64,000 bases of DNA from positions 65,312-129,311 of the forward strand of contig DATJAL010000027.1 in NCBI GenBank assembly GCA_035516255.1. Direction: 5' to 3'. The stretch's first letter is position 1. Each line of letters opens with the position of its first letter. Under the pieces are notes generated by a model, which was not told where the DNA came from, made no database searches, and saw nothing but the letters and a program-made list of their open reading frames with translations. Position numbers and translations under genes: made by a program. Positions 1 to 10,100 of the stretch are shown in pieces. This DNA comes from Chitinivibrionales bacterium. GTDB lineage: Bacteria; Fibrobacterota; Chitinivibrionia; Chitinivibrionales; FEN-1185.

Positions 1-1657
1 ACGCGTTTATCTTATACTCTTCGTCATCCCCGGCGCTTTCATGCCCGTCATACAGGGCCATTGTCTCCTGAACGCCTTCGGAGTGGTAATAATCGTGTTC
101 AATCAAAGAATTCCCGCACTTGATATTATTCCCCAAATCCGGCAGCGCCCTCTGGTGGAACAATTTCAGTTGTTGCGCAATGCTCTGCTCGTTTTCTCCC
201 TCCAGGACTTTCAATAAAAGCGAGAGCTTCGTAACCTCCACCGCCTGCGTGTCGATGTCCACTCCGTAAATATTATTGAGCAGAATTCTTTTACGCTCCG
301 GTGTGGTAAGACGGTATTCACCTGCTCGCGCCTTGTAAAGCGTTGGATTTTTTCCGGTGGTCCATTTGTCCGGGTCGTTTTTCGTGTACCATTCTCTGTG
401 CCAGTCCAGAAGGTATTGATACGCCCCAATGAGGAACGAGCCCGAGCCGCAGGCGGGATCGAGGATGCGGAGTTCCGACGCTTTTTTAGGCGCTATGTTT
501 TCCACCAGCTTTCCCACCGTGTTCTTAACGATATAATCCACGATATACGTCGGTGTATAAAACACGCCGCCGGCTTTTTTTACTTCTGGTTTGTCTTCTA
601 CCTTTGCCTGGTGTCCTGCCGTAAGCCGGATCACTTTTCCAAGAAACTGTTCGTACACCTGGCCAAGAATGTCGGCGGGCAGCACGGAAAATTCATAGGC
701 GCTTTCGGGGTAATACAGCTTCTCGATTATCTGCTTGAGCACCTTGTCGTCAATGTCAAGACCCAGCGTAACGATGTCCGGCCCTTCTTTTCTGTTTTTT
801 TCCTCACGGAAATAAAAGAGCCCGGAATTGTATTTGTCGTCCGCCTCCCTGAAAAGCACGCACAGCCGTTTATAAACATTTTCGCCGTTCAGGTGAGCTT
901 GCAGGCGGCCGTAGTCCTCTATTCCCCGGTCTTCGCAGATGCGCAGGAAAATCAGGCGGTCTATGGTCCTTTGCACGGCGAAATTCAGTTCGCGGTTCGA
1001 GAGTTTTTCATTGCGCAGGGCGATGTTCCTTGCAAGCAGATCGCGCCACTCCTCTATCTCGGAAAGGAACGCGTCGTCCACCTCGGTGGTGCCCTTTTTC
1101 GCCCTGTTTTCCTCGGCGTATTTGTCAAACGAGCCTTTGAGCACCGCGTCCTTTGAAAAAATACCTGCTATTTCGTCCCAGCGTTTTTCGTATTCATCGT
1201 ATTTGATGTACAGGATTCTTCCGACGGCCGCATTATCGGTTTTCGCGGGCTTCACCCTGCAGTCGTAAACCGCAAGCTCCTCGAAATCCGAAAGGACCGA
1301 GAGCGGCAATTTCGCCGACCAGGCGTAACGGCGGAGCTGAAAGGCCGGGATCGCGTTTTCCCTGATGTTGACGGACGGTTTTTTTGCCTCGACGAAAAAC
1401 TTGCGCGTCCCGCCGACCCGGAACGAATAATCCGGCGCCTTGGTCGCCGTGCCTATCTTGACCGCGTCCTCATGGATCACTTCCTTGTACGCCTCGGCGA
1501 ATCCCTGCTTGTTGGCGACGTCCCAGCCGAGCGCTCCAAAGAAAGGATTAAGAAATTCCTGGCGAAGTTGCGCTTCGTTGTACGACGGGGAGGAATACGA
1601 GGAAATGTTTTGCTTGAACCGGTTTACGAGCAGGCTTATTTCTTGAGGAACGGGCAT
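1..1657 (-). CDS. Type IIG restriction-modification enzyme (fused PD-(D/E)xK endonuclease and N6-adenine DNA methyltransferase). First 552 codons only; the 3' end runs off the window.
   Basis: Absent from the ORF track because it has no stop in the window. Hand translation of the reverse strand from ATG (1657-1655) stays open to position 2. Sequence: MPVPQEISLLVNRFKQNI...APDYSFRVGGTRKFFVEAKKPSV (nuclease D...ExK), FYTPTYIVDYIV, ILDPACGSGSFLIGAY (SAM motif I), NIKCGNSLI (motif IV variant of Eco57I/MmeI-like enzymes). The + ORFs 398..1156 and 939..1268 are its shadows. Confidence 0.85.
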   Translation of the reverse strand, partial: MPVPQEISLLVNRFKQNISSYSSPSYNEAQLRQEFLNPFFGALGWDVANKQGFAEAYKEVIHEDAVKIGTATKAPDYSFRVGGTRKFFVEAKKPSVNIRENAIPAFQLRRYAWSAKLPLSVLSDFEELAVYDCRVKPAKTDNAAVGRILYIKYDEYEKRWDEIAGIFSKDAVLKGSFDKYAEENRAKKGTTEVDDAFLSEIEEWRDLLARNIALRNEKLSNRELNFAVQRTIDRLIFLRICEDRGIEDYGRLQAHLNGENVYKRLCVLFREADDKYNSGLFYFREEKNRKEGPDIVTLGLDIDDKVLKQIIEKLYYPESAYEFSVLPADILGQVYEQFLGKVIRLTAGHQAKVEDKPEVKKAGGVFYTPTYIVDYIVKNTVGKLVENIAPKKASELRILDPACGSGSFLIGAYQYLLDWHREWYTKNDPDKWTTGKNPTLYKARAGEYRLTTPERKRILLNNIYGVDIDTQAVEVTKLSLLLKVLEGENEQSIAQQLKLFHQRALPDLGNNIKCGNSLIEHDYYHSEGVQETMALYDGHESAGDDEEYKINA

Positions 1658-1821
1658 TCGGGAATTGTCCCTTCAACGCGGTGTCATCAGTAAAATAGTT
1701 ATGCGGTCGCCCGTTTTAAAAGAATCATGGGAGAATCTCCTCCCGACGCATTAACCCTTTAATTCATCACCCCTTTAACGTATTTTCCTATTCGCCGCTT
1801 CCCCATTTTCAGGAGCATCCC

Positions 1822-3141
1822 ATGGAGCTTTTCGATTTTTCCATCCCCTCGCTCGGCGCGCCGCGCATCCAGTCGCCCATCGTGTTGTCGAAACTGCCCG
1901 ACGACCTCATCGCGAATTACGCGACCGACGAGCAGTTCATCATGTACGACATCGCGGCGCGGCCCGGCGTCGCGCAGGGCCCGTTTGCAAAACAGAACCT
2001 CCTTGAGCTCGCGGGTCCGCGGGAAAAGATCTTCTTTGACCCGGCAAAGGTGCACGCCGCGATCGTCACGTGCGGCGGCCTGTGCCCCGGCCTCAACGAC
2101 GTGATCTACTCCATCGTCATGGGACTGTGGCACCGGTACGGCGTGCGCAGGATCACGGGCATCAGAAACGGGTACCGCGGCCTGCTTCCGGAATTCGGCG
2201 TGGCGCCCATGGAACTGACGCCTTCCGCGGTCGAGGAGATCCGCCACAACGGCGGCACCATGCTCGGTTCCTCGCGCGGCGGCGGGGAAAAAATCCCGCT
2301 CATGGTCGACACCATTGAGCAGATGAACATCAACATGCTGTTCGCCATCGGCGGCGACGGCACCATGAAGGGCGCGCTTGCCATTTCGCAGGAGGCGTGT
2401 AAGCGCGGCACGCGGCTTAGCGTGGTCGGCGTGCCAAAGACCATCGACAACGACCTTGCGTTCTGCCAGCGGAGCTTCGGCTTCGAGACCGCGGTGTCGC
2501 TCGCCGTGGAGGCGGCCGAGAGCGCGCACGTTGAGGCGCACGACGTGATGAACGGCGTGGGCATCGTCAAGGTGATGGGGCGCGAGTCGGGGTTCATCGC
2601 CGCGCACACCGCGCTGGCCTCCGGCGACGTCAACTACGTGCTGATCCCCGAGGTCCCGTTCGAGCTCGACGGCGAAAAAGGCCTTCTCGCGTCGCTCAAA
2701 AAACGCATCGAATCGCGCCGCCACGCCGTCATCCTCGTCGCCGAGGGCGCGGGCCAGGAGCTTGCGGGCGAGGCCACGGGCACCGACGCATCGGGCAATA
2801 AAAAGCTCAGCGACATCGGCCTGTATCTCAAGAAGCGCATCGAGGAGCATTTTGAAAAACTGGGCATCGAGATAAGCGTGAAATACATAGACCCCAGCTA
2901 CATGATCCGCAGCGCGCCGGCCATTACCACCGATTCCATTTACTGCGCGCGCCTGGGATCAAACGCCGCGCACGCGGCCATGGCGGGCAGGACCGAAGTG
3001 CTCATCTCGCTTGTCAATAACAACTTCGTGCATTTACCAATCAGACTTGCCGTATCGAAACGCAACCGGGTCGATCCGGAGAGCCCGCTGTGGCGGGACG
3101 TGATCGACAGGACCGGGCAGCCCCTTTTATTAAAAAGTTAA
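1822..3141 (+). CDS. pfkA: 6-phosphofructokinase (PfkA family)
   Basis: 439-aa ORF with AGGAG 6 nt upstream of the ATG. Motifs TCGGLCPGLNDVI, IGGDGTMKGA, VGVPKTIDNDL and MGRESGFIA. Phosphoryl donor (ATP or PPi) cannot be decided by eye (GGDG but PKTIDND). Confidence 0.9.
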   Translation: MELFDFSIPSLGAPRIQSPIVLSKLPDDLIANYATDEQFIMYDIAARPGVAQGPFAKQNLLELAGPREKIFFDPAKVHAAIVTCGGLCPGLNDVIYSIVMGLWHRYGVRRITGIRNGYRGLLPEFGVAPMELTPSAVEEIRHNGGTMLGSSRGGGEKIPLMVDTIEQMNINMLFAIGGDGTMKGALAISQEACKRGTRLSVVGVPKTIDNDLAFCQRSFGFETAVSLAVEAAESAHVEAHDVMNGVGIVKVMGRESGFIAAHTALASGDVNYVLIPEVPFELDGEKGLLASLKKRIESRRHAVILVAEGAGQELAGEATGTDASGNKKLSDIGLYLKKRIEEHFEKLGIEISVKYIDPSYMIRSAPAITTDSIYCARLGSNAAHAAMAGRTEVLISLVNNNFVHLPIRLAVSKRNRVDPESPLWRDVIDRTGQPLLLKS

Positions 3142-3147
3142 ATGATC

Positions 3148-3597
3148 TGGGCGCCTGCCGGTCACGGCACCGGTTCTCAAATAATAATTAATTTCCTTAT
3201 TTGGTGGGGACACCACTTCGTGGTTTCCCCTGGCCCCCGGCTTCCGCCGCCGCAGAATGTCACATATAACAATAGCGCGGCGGCAGTGATCCGGGGGCAC
3301 ACCCTTTCCTGCAAAGGGGCGCGCTGGTTCGCTCGCATTAAAGCTCGCGAGGCGTCGCCCCTTCGCAACGCATCCGCTGCGGAACATCCCCCTCCGCCTC
3401 CGGCGGTATCCACCTTGATAAGGGGGAAAAATAACTGCGGAAAGTTCGCCCTTGCCCGCGCGCCAGGCAGGACTGGAGGCCGCGCCAGTGCGCGGTGCTG
3501 CCCGGCCCTCGCCGTCAGGTATATAGGGGCCGTGGCAGCCGGAGCCGAAGGCGAGACCGGAAGGACGGCCGCCGCCGCGAAAGCGGCGGGGCGCCCA
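3148..3597. repeat. Full-length (~450 bp) mosaic hairpin-rich intergenic element with 8-bp terminal inverted repeat
   Basis: Starts TGGGCGCC (3148-3155) and ends GGCGCCCA (3590-3597), its exact reverse complement. The left half is homologous to 32683-32980. The right part (3465-3597) is a reverse-orientation copy of the core element seen at 5138, 16095 and 22591. Track ORFs 3142..3618 and 3177..3413 are translations of this repeat. Confidence 0.7.
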
Positions 3598-3695
3598 ACC
3601 TCATTAAGTAATTATTAATTTTTTATCCCAGCATCAACTATTTTTTCTCGCTCTCAATTCCAGAAGAAATTTATTAAAAAAAGGAGTTTTATATC

Positions 3696-5126
3696 ATGGC
3701 ACCGCACATCAACGTCTGGGACGCGCTCCCCTACCTGGTCGCGGACATCGGGCTTGCCGACTGGGGACGCAAGGAAATCGAAATTGCGGAAAAGGAAATG
3801 CCCGGCCTTATGGCCGTGCGCGAAAAGTACGCGAAAGAGGCTCCGCTCAAGGGCGTGCGCGTTTCCGGCTCCCTGCACATGACCATCCAGACCGCGGTGC
3901 TCATTGAAACGCTGACGAAGCTCGGCGCCCAGGTGCGCTGGGCATCGTGCAACATCTTCTCCACGCAGGACCATGCCGCGGCGGCGATCGCGAAGGCGGG
4001 CGTTCCCGTGTTCGCGTGGAAGGGCGAGTCGCTCGAGGACTATTGGGCGTGCACCTTCCAGGCGCTCTCGTTTCCGGGCGGCAAGGGCCCGGAGCTCATC
4101 GTGGACGACGGCGGCGACGCCACGCTCCTCATCCACAAGGGGTACCAGCTCGAAAACGGCGACACGTGGATAAATTCCGCTTCGTCAAGCCATGAGGAGG
4201 GCGTGATCAAGGACCTGCTCAAGAACGTGTACAAGAAAAAGCCGGGCCATTGGCACGAGGTGGTCAAGGAATGGAAGGGCGTTTCGGAGGAGACCACCAC
4301 GGGCGTGCACCGGCTGTACCAGATGGAGCAGGCGGGCAAGCTGCTCGTTCCGGCGATCAACGTGAACGACTCGGTGACGAAATCGAAATTCGACAACATC
4401 TACGGCTGCCGGCACTCGCTCGCCGACGGCATCCTGCGCGCCATGGACGTGATGCTCGCGGGCAAGATCGCGGTGGTGTGCGGTTACGGCGACGTGGGCA
4501 AGGGTTCCGCGGAATCGCTCTCGTCGCAGAAGGCGCAGGTGTGGGTGACCGAGATCGACCCCATCTGCGCGCTGCAGGCGTCCATGGCCGGCTACAAGGT
4601 GACCACGGTGGAGGACGCGCTCCCCTTTGCCAACATCTACGTGACCACCACGGGCAACTGCGACATCATCACCGCGGACCACATGGCGAAGATGCGGGAC
4701 CAGTCCATTGTCTGCAACATCGGCCATTTCGACAACGAGATCCAGGTTGACAAGCTCAACCATTATCACGGCATCAAGAAGGTCAACATCAAGCCGCAGG
4801 TTGACAAATACATCTTTCCCGACGGCCACTGCATCTACCTGCTCGCCGAGGGCCGGCTCGTGAACCTGGGCTGCGCCACCGGCCACCCGAGCTTCGTGAT
4901 GTCGAACTCGTTCACCAACCAGACCCTGGCGCAGATTGATTTATGGAAAAACAGGGACACGAACAGGCCCGGCGTGACGCGCCTGCCCAAACATCTTGAC
5001 GAGGAAGTGGCGCGGCTGCACCTGGAGAAGATCGGCGTGAAGCTGACCACGCTGACAAAGAAGCAGGCCGAGTATATCGGCGTGCCGGTCGAGGGGCCGT
5101 ACAAGGCGGAACATTATAGATATTAA
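3696..5126 (+). CDS. ahcY: Adenosylhomocysteinase (S-adenosyl-L-homocysteine hydrolase)
   Basis: 476 aa with AAGGAG upstream. Sequence [39 protein letters not shown]-binding [13 protein letters not shown], and C-terminal YKAEHYRY. Confidence 0.95.
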   Translation: MAPHINVWDALPYLVADIGLADWGRKEIEIAEKEMPGLMAVREKYAKEAPLKGVRVSGSLHMTIQTAVLIETLTKLGAQVRWASCNIFSTQDHAAAAIAKAGVPVFAWKGESLEDYWACTFQALSFPGGKGPELIVDDGGDATLLIHKGYQLENGDTWINSASSSHEEGVIKDLLKNVYKKKPGHWHEVVKEWKGVSEETTTGVHRLYQMEQAGKLLVPAINVNDSVTKSKFDNIYGCRHSLADGILRAMDVMLAGKIAVVCGYGDVGKGSAESLSSQKAQVWVTEIDPICALQASMAGYKVTTVEDALPFANIYVTTTGNCDIITADHMAKMRDQSIVCNIGHFDNEIQVDKLNHYHGIKKVNIKPQVDKYIFPDGHCIYLLAEGRLVNLGCATGHPSFVMSNSFTNQTLAQIDLWKNRDTNRPGVTRLPKHLDEEVARLHLEKIGVKLTTLTKKQAEYIGVPVEGPYKAEHYRY

Positions 5127-5137
5127 AAAATAAATGG

Positions 5138-5311
5138 TTGGGCGTTCCTCCTTGCGGTCCACCCCTTCGGGTGCTTCTCCCTCGTCAGGGATTTCCAAGG
5201 GTCACAAGGGTCGTCGTCCTTCGGCTCGGGCTGCCACGGCCCGATGGCGGCGGACCGCCGGGGTCCGGGCAGCACCGCGCTCCCGCGCGGCCTCCAGTCT
5301 TGCCTAACGCG
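5138..5311 (+). repeat. Core intergenic repeat element (forward copy) carrying the 82-nt conserved block
   Basis: GGGCGTTCC at 5140-5148, 14 nt after the ahcY stop. Ends CCTCCAGTCTTGCCTAACGCG. Block 5158-5239 is identical (reverse complement) to 22641-22722 and 81/82 identical to 63721-63802. Confidence 0.8.
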
Positions 5312-5367
5312 AGAGCCTTCAAAGGCATTTCCAACTATTTGAAAAACTGGCGTAGCTGGAGTTCAAC

Positions 5368-6198
5368 ATGTCCCACTGCATCTCCCCCGCAGCCGAAAAA
5401 ATCCTCGACAAGAAATTCAAGGTCCTCGACAAAGGCTTTGTCCGTCTCGTCGACTATCTCGGCAACGATTCGCGCATTGTCCAGGCCGCCCGCGTATCGT
5501 ACGGCAAGGGGACAAAGACCTACCGCGAAGACAAGGGGCTCATCAACTATCTGCTGCGCAACGACCATACCTCGCCGTTCGAGCAGGTGGTGTTTACCTT
5601 TCACGTGAAGCTGCCTATTTTCGTGGCGCGGCAGTGGATACGGCACCGCACCGCGCGGCTCAACGAGATTTCAGGCCGCTACAGCGTGATGAAGAACGAA
5701 TTCTACATGCCGTCGACCGCCGACATAGCGTTTCAGAGCGAAAACAACAAGCAAGGCCGCGCGACCACCGCGGTACCGGCCGCGCTGCGGAAAAAGGTGC
5801 TGACCATCCTCAAGAAATATCAGAACGAGCTCTATGGGGCATACGAGTCGCTTCTCGAAAACAACATCGCCCGCGAGCTCGCGAGAATCAACCTGCCCCT
5901 GTCCCTTTACACTGAATGGTACTGGCAGATCGACCTGCACAACCTGTTCCGTTTTATCATGCTGCGGCTCGACGCGCACGCGCAGATGGAAATCCGCCAG
6001 TACGCCGCGGTGCTCCTGAAAATCGGGAAAAAAGTATGCCCTGTCGCGTTCGAGGCATTCGAGGAGCATGTGCTGAACGGCGTGAGGTTTTCAAAAAGCG
6101 AGATGACGGCGGTGAGGAACCTGGTTAAGGGAAAATCCTCGGGGCTTGAGGGCAAGGCGGAGGAGAGACTTATAGGGAAGCTTGGCGGTAATCCATAA
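5368..6198 (+). CDS. thyX: FAD-dependent thymidylate synthase
   Basis: 276 aa. ThyX signature RHRTARLNEIS (RHRx7S), plus FTFHVKLPIFVARQWIRH. Confidence 0.95.
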   Translation: MSHCISPAAEKILDKKFKVLDKGFVRLVDYLGNDSRIVQAARVSYGKGTKTYREDKGLINYLLRNDHTSPFEQVVFTFHVKLPIFVARQWIRHRTARLNEISGRYSVMKNEFYMPSTADIAFQSENNKQGRATTAVPAALRKKVLTILKKYQNELYGAYESLLENNIARELARINLPLSLYTEWYWQIDLHNLFRFIMLRLDAHAQMEIRQYAAVLLKIGKKVCPVAFEAFEEHVLNGVRFSKSEMTAVRNLVKGKSSGLEGKAEERLIGKLGGNP

Positions 6199-6335
6199 GG
6201 AACGTTGACCGCCTCTGCCAATTTCGATTTCACCTATTATAATAAGGAAGGATAATTGAACCGGACCCCTCATTTTGCCGTTTTTTCCTTGTTTAAATTT
6301 TTTAAATGATGTGACATACATCACATTATTTTACG

Positions 6336-6364
6336 TTGAAAAATGCTACATTTTATGACATAAT
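6336..6364 (+). promoter_or_regulatory. Candidate sigma70-type promoter for the lipoprotein/giant-protein operon
   Basis: TTGAAA (6336-6341), 17-nt spacer, CATAAT (6359-6364), about 65 nt upstream of the 6429 start. A nearby palindrome ATGTGAcatacaTCACAT (about 6308-6325) could be an operator. Pattern match only. Confidence 0.3.
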
Positions 6365-6428
6365 TATGAGTTACCATGCGCTGAACCCCGTTTGATTCCG
6401 TTTGAACCACATAATAAGGAGATTTTCG

Positions 6429-7151
6429 ATGAAACGCGCCCTGGTTTTTCTGCTCTCCGCATTGATCATTGCTCCCTGCCTCTGCTTCGCCGACAAAGGC
6501 CAGATTCCCATCGCGGTCAACGACCTGACGGGCGAAGGGGTCGAGGCGTCGGAGGCGCGCATCATCTCCGACCGGTTCAGGTCGGAGCTGATCAATGCCC
6601 AGATTTTCCGCGTCATGGAGCGCGGCGAGATGGAAACCATCCTCAAGGAACAGGGGTTCCAGCAGAGCGGCATGTGCAACGACAAATCCTGCATGGTCGA
6701 GATGGGACAGATCCTGGGCGTGAAGCAAATCTTCGCGGGCACCATCGGAAAAATCGGCGGGATGTACACGCTTTCCACGCGGATGATTGACGTCGCGACG
6801 GGCGAGGTCCGGTTCTCGGTCACCCTCGACTGCAAATGCGCCATCAGCGACGTGCTCACCAAGTCGGTCCCGTCCATCGCCCAGCAGATCGTTGAAAAGA
6901 CGAAAGCGGCCATGCAGGCCCCGGCCGCGGCCCAGCCCGCGCAGGCGGCTCCGGCCCCTGCCGCGGCGCCGCAGCCGCAGCAAGCGGCCCAGAAACCGGA
7001 AAAGAAAAAATCGCTGTTTACACAATGGTATTTCTGGGTGCCCGCCGCGGTAGTAGTGTGCGGCGGCGCAGCGGCCGCGTATGTCGTTTTTGAAAGAAAA
7101 AACTCTGAAGTTCCCGAACAGCAAACCGGAGGAGTGATGGTACAATGGTAA
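6429..7151 (+). CDS. CsgG/LpoB-like periplasmic lipoprotein with Pro/Ala-rich linker and C-terminal TM helix
   Basis: The track ORF starts at TTG 6402. The ATG at 6429 has AAGGAG 7 nt upstream and gives MKRALVFLLSALIIAPCLCFA (lipobox-like). Core ISDRFRSELINAQIFRVMERGEMETILKEQGFQQSGMC...GGMYTLSTRMIDVATGEV is a paralog of the 41285..42436 product. Its stop overlaps the next start (caATGGTAA). Confidence 0.7.
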   Translation: MKRALVFLLSALIIAPCLCFADKGQIPIAVNDLTGEGVEASEARIISDRFRSELINAQIFRVMERGEMETILKEQGFQQSGMCNDKSCMVEMGQILGVKQIFAGTIGKIGGMYTLSTRMIDVATGEVRFSVTLDCKCAISDVLTKSVPSIAQQIVEKTKAAMQAPAAAQPAQAAPAPAAAPQPQQAAQKPEKKKSLFTQWYFWVPAAVVVCGGAAAAYVVFERKNSEVPEQQTGGVMVQW

Positions 7152-10100
7152 CCAAAGTAAAGAGCCGTTTCAGCATCGTCGTTTCCGCCGCCCTGGCGTG
7201 CTTCCTCCTCCTGCTGTTCTGCGGCAGGGACTCACTGTTTAACAAACCGGAATCGAAGCCGTACGGCGAGGTGTACCCCGTGCTGCTGTTCAAGAAAGGC
7301 GCGTCGACCATTGCGGTTCCCCCGCAGGTAAAAAGCATCAGGATGCAGGTCATGGGTGCCGAGATAGACACCAGCATCACGGTCCCGGATTCGGCGCACA
7401 AGGCCCAAATCACGCGCGTTCCCGTCGGCGTGGTGGTGGTAACCGTCGAGGGGCTCGACAGCGCCGGCCAGGTCTTTGATTCGGGAAGCGTTTCGGTGAC
7501 GATCGAGGCCAACGTGGTAGCCCAGCCGCAGATTGAATTACTTTCCACCCACCCCATCGTTCTCACCTTCATCTCGCCCAAGAACAACGACACCCTGGCC
7601 AACACCTCGGCGACCCTGAGCGGCACGATCGACGCGGACTACGGCCTGATCACGTTTAAAATGGGCACTTCCGAAATTACCGTGACCGGCGACCAATGGT
7701 CGCGCAACGTGGACCTTGTAAGCGGCACGAACACGTTCGCCTTTGTCGCGGTTGACAACAAGGGAAACACCCTCAGGGACACGCTCACGCTTGTCAATTC
7801 CGCCAGCGCGCATGACGTTACCGGGCCGGTCATCGCGCTCCTGCAGCCGGCCGACAGCAGCAAGGTGCCCGTGACGCCGGTCACCATACTGGGGACGGCG
7901 ACCGATCCCTCGGGCGTGCTTGCAGTCCAGGTGAACAGGCAGACGGCTACGCTTTCGGGCTCGTCGTTCTCGATCAACCAAGACCTTGTCCCGGGAAAGA
8001 ACACCATCATCATCACGGCGATCGACAACAGCCCCTCGCAGAACAAATCGTCCGACACGTTTACCGTGACCCTCGACACCACGGTTAAGGACACCGTGGG
8101 TCCTGTCTTCACCGTTGCCACGCCGAGAAACGGCGACACCGTGGCGACCGCAACGGTCATGATATCGGGGACCACGGCGGACATCAGCGGTGTCGCCTCG
8201 CTGCTGGTGAACGGCGTTGCGGCGACGATCGTGAACAACACCTGGTCGGTCTCGGTTCCCGTGGCCGCCGGGCCGAACAAGCTCCTCATCACCGCGACCG
8301 ACGCATCGCCGCAGCACAACGTGTCCCGCGATTCCATCGCCATTGTCTACAACGCCGCGGCGCAGGACAAGACCCTGCCCTCGGTGGCCATCACCTCGCC
8401 GTCGATCAACACCGTGGTGAGCAATCCGCTCAACATCACCGTTACCGGGACGGCGTCGGATCCGGCTGGAATTGCATCTGTCAAGGTTAACGGTTTTTCT
8501 GCCGCCTACACGAGCGGCACCTGGAGCGCGGTGATCTCACTGTCGCATCCCGGCAGTAACGCGGTGTGGGCGGTCGCCACCGACGGCGCGGGCAACAAGG
8601 ATTCCACGAGCATCAACCTCATATACGATTCCACTGCGGCCGACGTGATCCCGCCCGCGATTACCCTTGTGTCGCATACGACCGGACAGACCGTATCGGT
8701 CTCGCCCGTGCTTATCCAGGTGACCGCCACCGACGCCAACGGCATCAACTGGGTCACCATCAACGGCGACACGGCCGTCCTCAATGCGGGCAAATACGAG
8801 AAATCAATCACGCTTGCAACCGGTGTGAACCAGATCAAGGTGCTGGCTCAGGACAAGAGCACGAACCGCAACATAGACACGCTCAAATTTACGCTTACCT
8901 ACGATCCCACCGCAGCCGACACGGTTCCGCCCAAAATAACGCTTGTCTCGCACACCAACAACCAGGTGGTCTCGTCGAGAAACGCTCTCATCCAGGTTAC
9001 TGCGACCGATGCCAACGGCATTGCGTGGGTCACCATCATGGGTGACACGGCGGTCCTCACCGCGGGCAACTACCAGCGGAACGAGGTTCTTGTCAACGGC
9101 ACGAACACCATAAAAGTGGTGGCACAGGACGCGAGCTCGAACCATAACAAAGACACGCTCGTTTTCACGCTCGTATGCGACACGACGGCCGCGGACAACA
9201 CGCCGCCGACCATAACCTTTGTCTCGCCCCAGCCGGGCCAGAAGCTTTCCGCGCAACCCGTGCTGGTCCAGGTGACGGTCTCGGACCAGAGCGGCGTGGC
9301 GCTGGTGACCATCGGGGGAGACACGGTCTCCTCGACAAACGCGAATTACCAGCATCCGGTGCATTTGACCCAGGGATCGAACACCATCACCGTAACCGCC
9401 CAGGACGCGAGCCCCAACCACAACAAGGCCCTGCAAAACCTGACCGTCACGTACGATTCCACACTTACGGATTCGACGCCGCCCAAAATCTCGCTGGTTT
9501 CCCTCGCCGATTCCCAGGTCATGTCGGTGAAGACGGTCACGGTCCGGCTTACGGCGACCGATGCGAACGGAATTTCCCTGGTCACGCTGAACGGCGACAC
9601 CCTGCAGCTAAGCAGCAATATGTACTCTGAGACCAGAACGCTGGCGCCCGGAGCCAACGCATTCAAGGCGTATGCAATCGACGCAAGCTCGAACCATAAC
9701 CGGGCCGTGCTGAATTTCACCCTGTTTTACGACTCAACGGCCGCGGACACCACGCCGCCGACCATCGCCCTTGCCTCGCCCGCGAGCGCGGTCAACGTGA
9801 GCACCGCAACCGTAAGCGCCACCATCACGGACGCAAGCGGCATTTCCCTGGTGACGATCAACGGCGTTACCGTTTCTCCGTCGGGCAGCAATTATTCATG
9901 GTCGATGCCCTGCACCGCCGGCACCAACCATATCCTCATCGTTGCAACCGACGCGAGCACCCGAAAAAACCAGGCAACGTTGCGGACGACCTTCACCTAC
10001 GACCCGCCGCCCGACGCCGCGGTGCTCGCAACGCCCACGATCTTCTCCTACAATAGCGTGCACCTGACCTGGTCGGTGAGCGCCGACAACGACTTCGCGT

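Noticed and set aside
1759-2850. 363-aa minus-strand ORF. The same applies to 4185..4886(-), 12686..13714(-), 14038..15039(-), 34508..36022(-), 45687..47270(+), 49641..50456(+), 57613..58983(+, two ORFs), 61891..63288(+), 6321..7145(-), 7538..8343(-) and 398..1156(+).
   Set aside because: All lie antisense or out of frame to genes with clear family motifs (pfk, ahcY, lipoprotein, rSAM, histidine kinase, glycosidases, kinase, RM enzyme). All show the Arg/Ala/Gly/His-rich composition of GC-rich shadow frames.
3465-3597. Possible SRP (4.5S) RNA or other housekeeping RNA, because of GACCGGAAGGACGGCC and AGGCAGGACTGGAGG strings reminiscent of the SRP helix-8 CAGGUCCGGAAGGAAGCAGCC
   Set aside because: The sequence is present in ten or more copies in both orientations. 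It lacks the conserved GGAAGCAGCC and the complementary 3' strand. It is part of the repeat family. No single-copy SRP, RNase P, tmRNA or 6S candidate was recognised.
7553-10005. Regularly spaced repeats that might suggest a CRISPR array. The same applies to the FN3-like repeats inside 36559..41031.
   Set aside because: The period is about 280 bp and the units are in-frame protein domains inside long ORFs. There are no short direct repeats with unique spacers and no cas genes.
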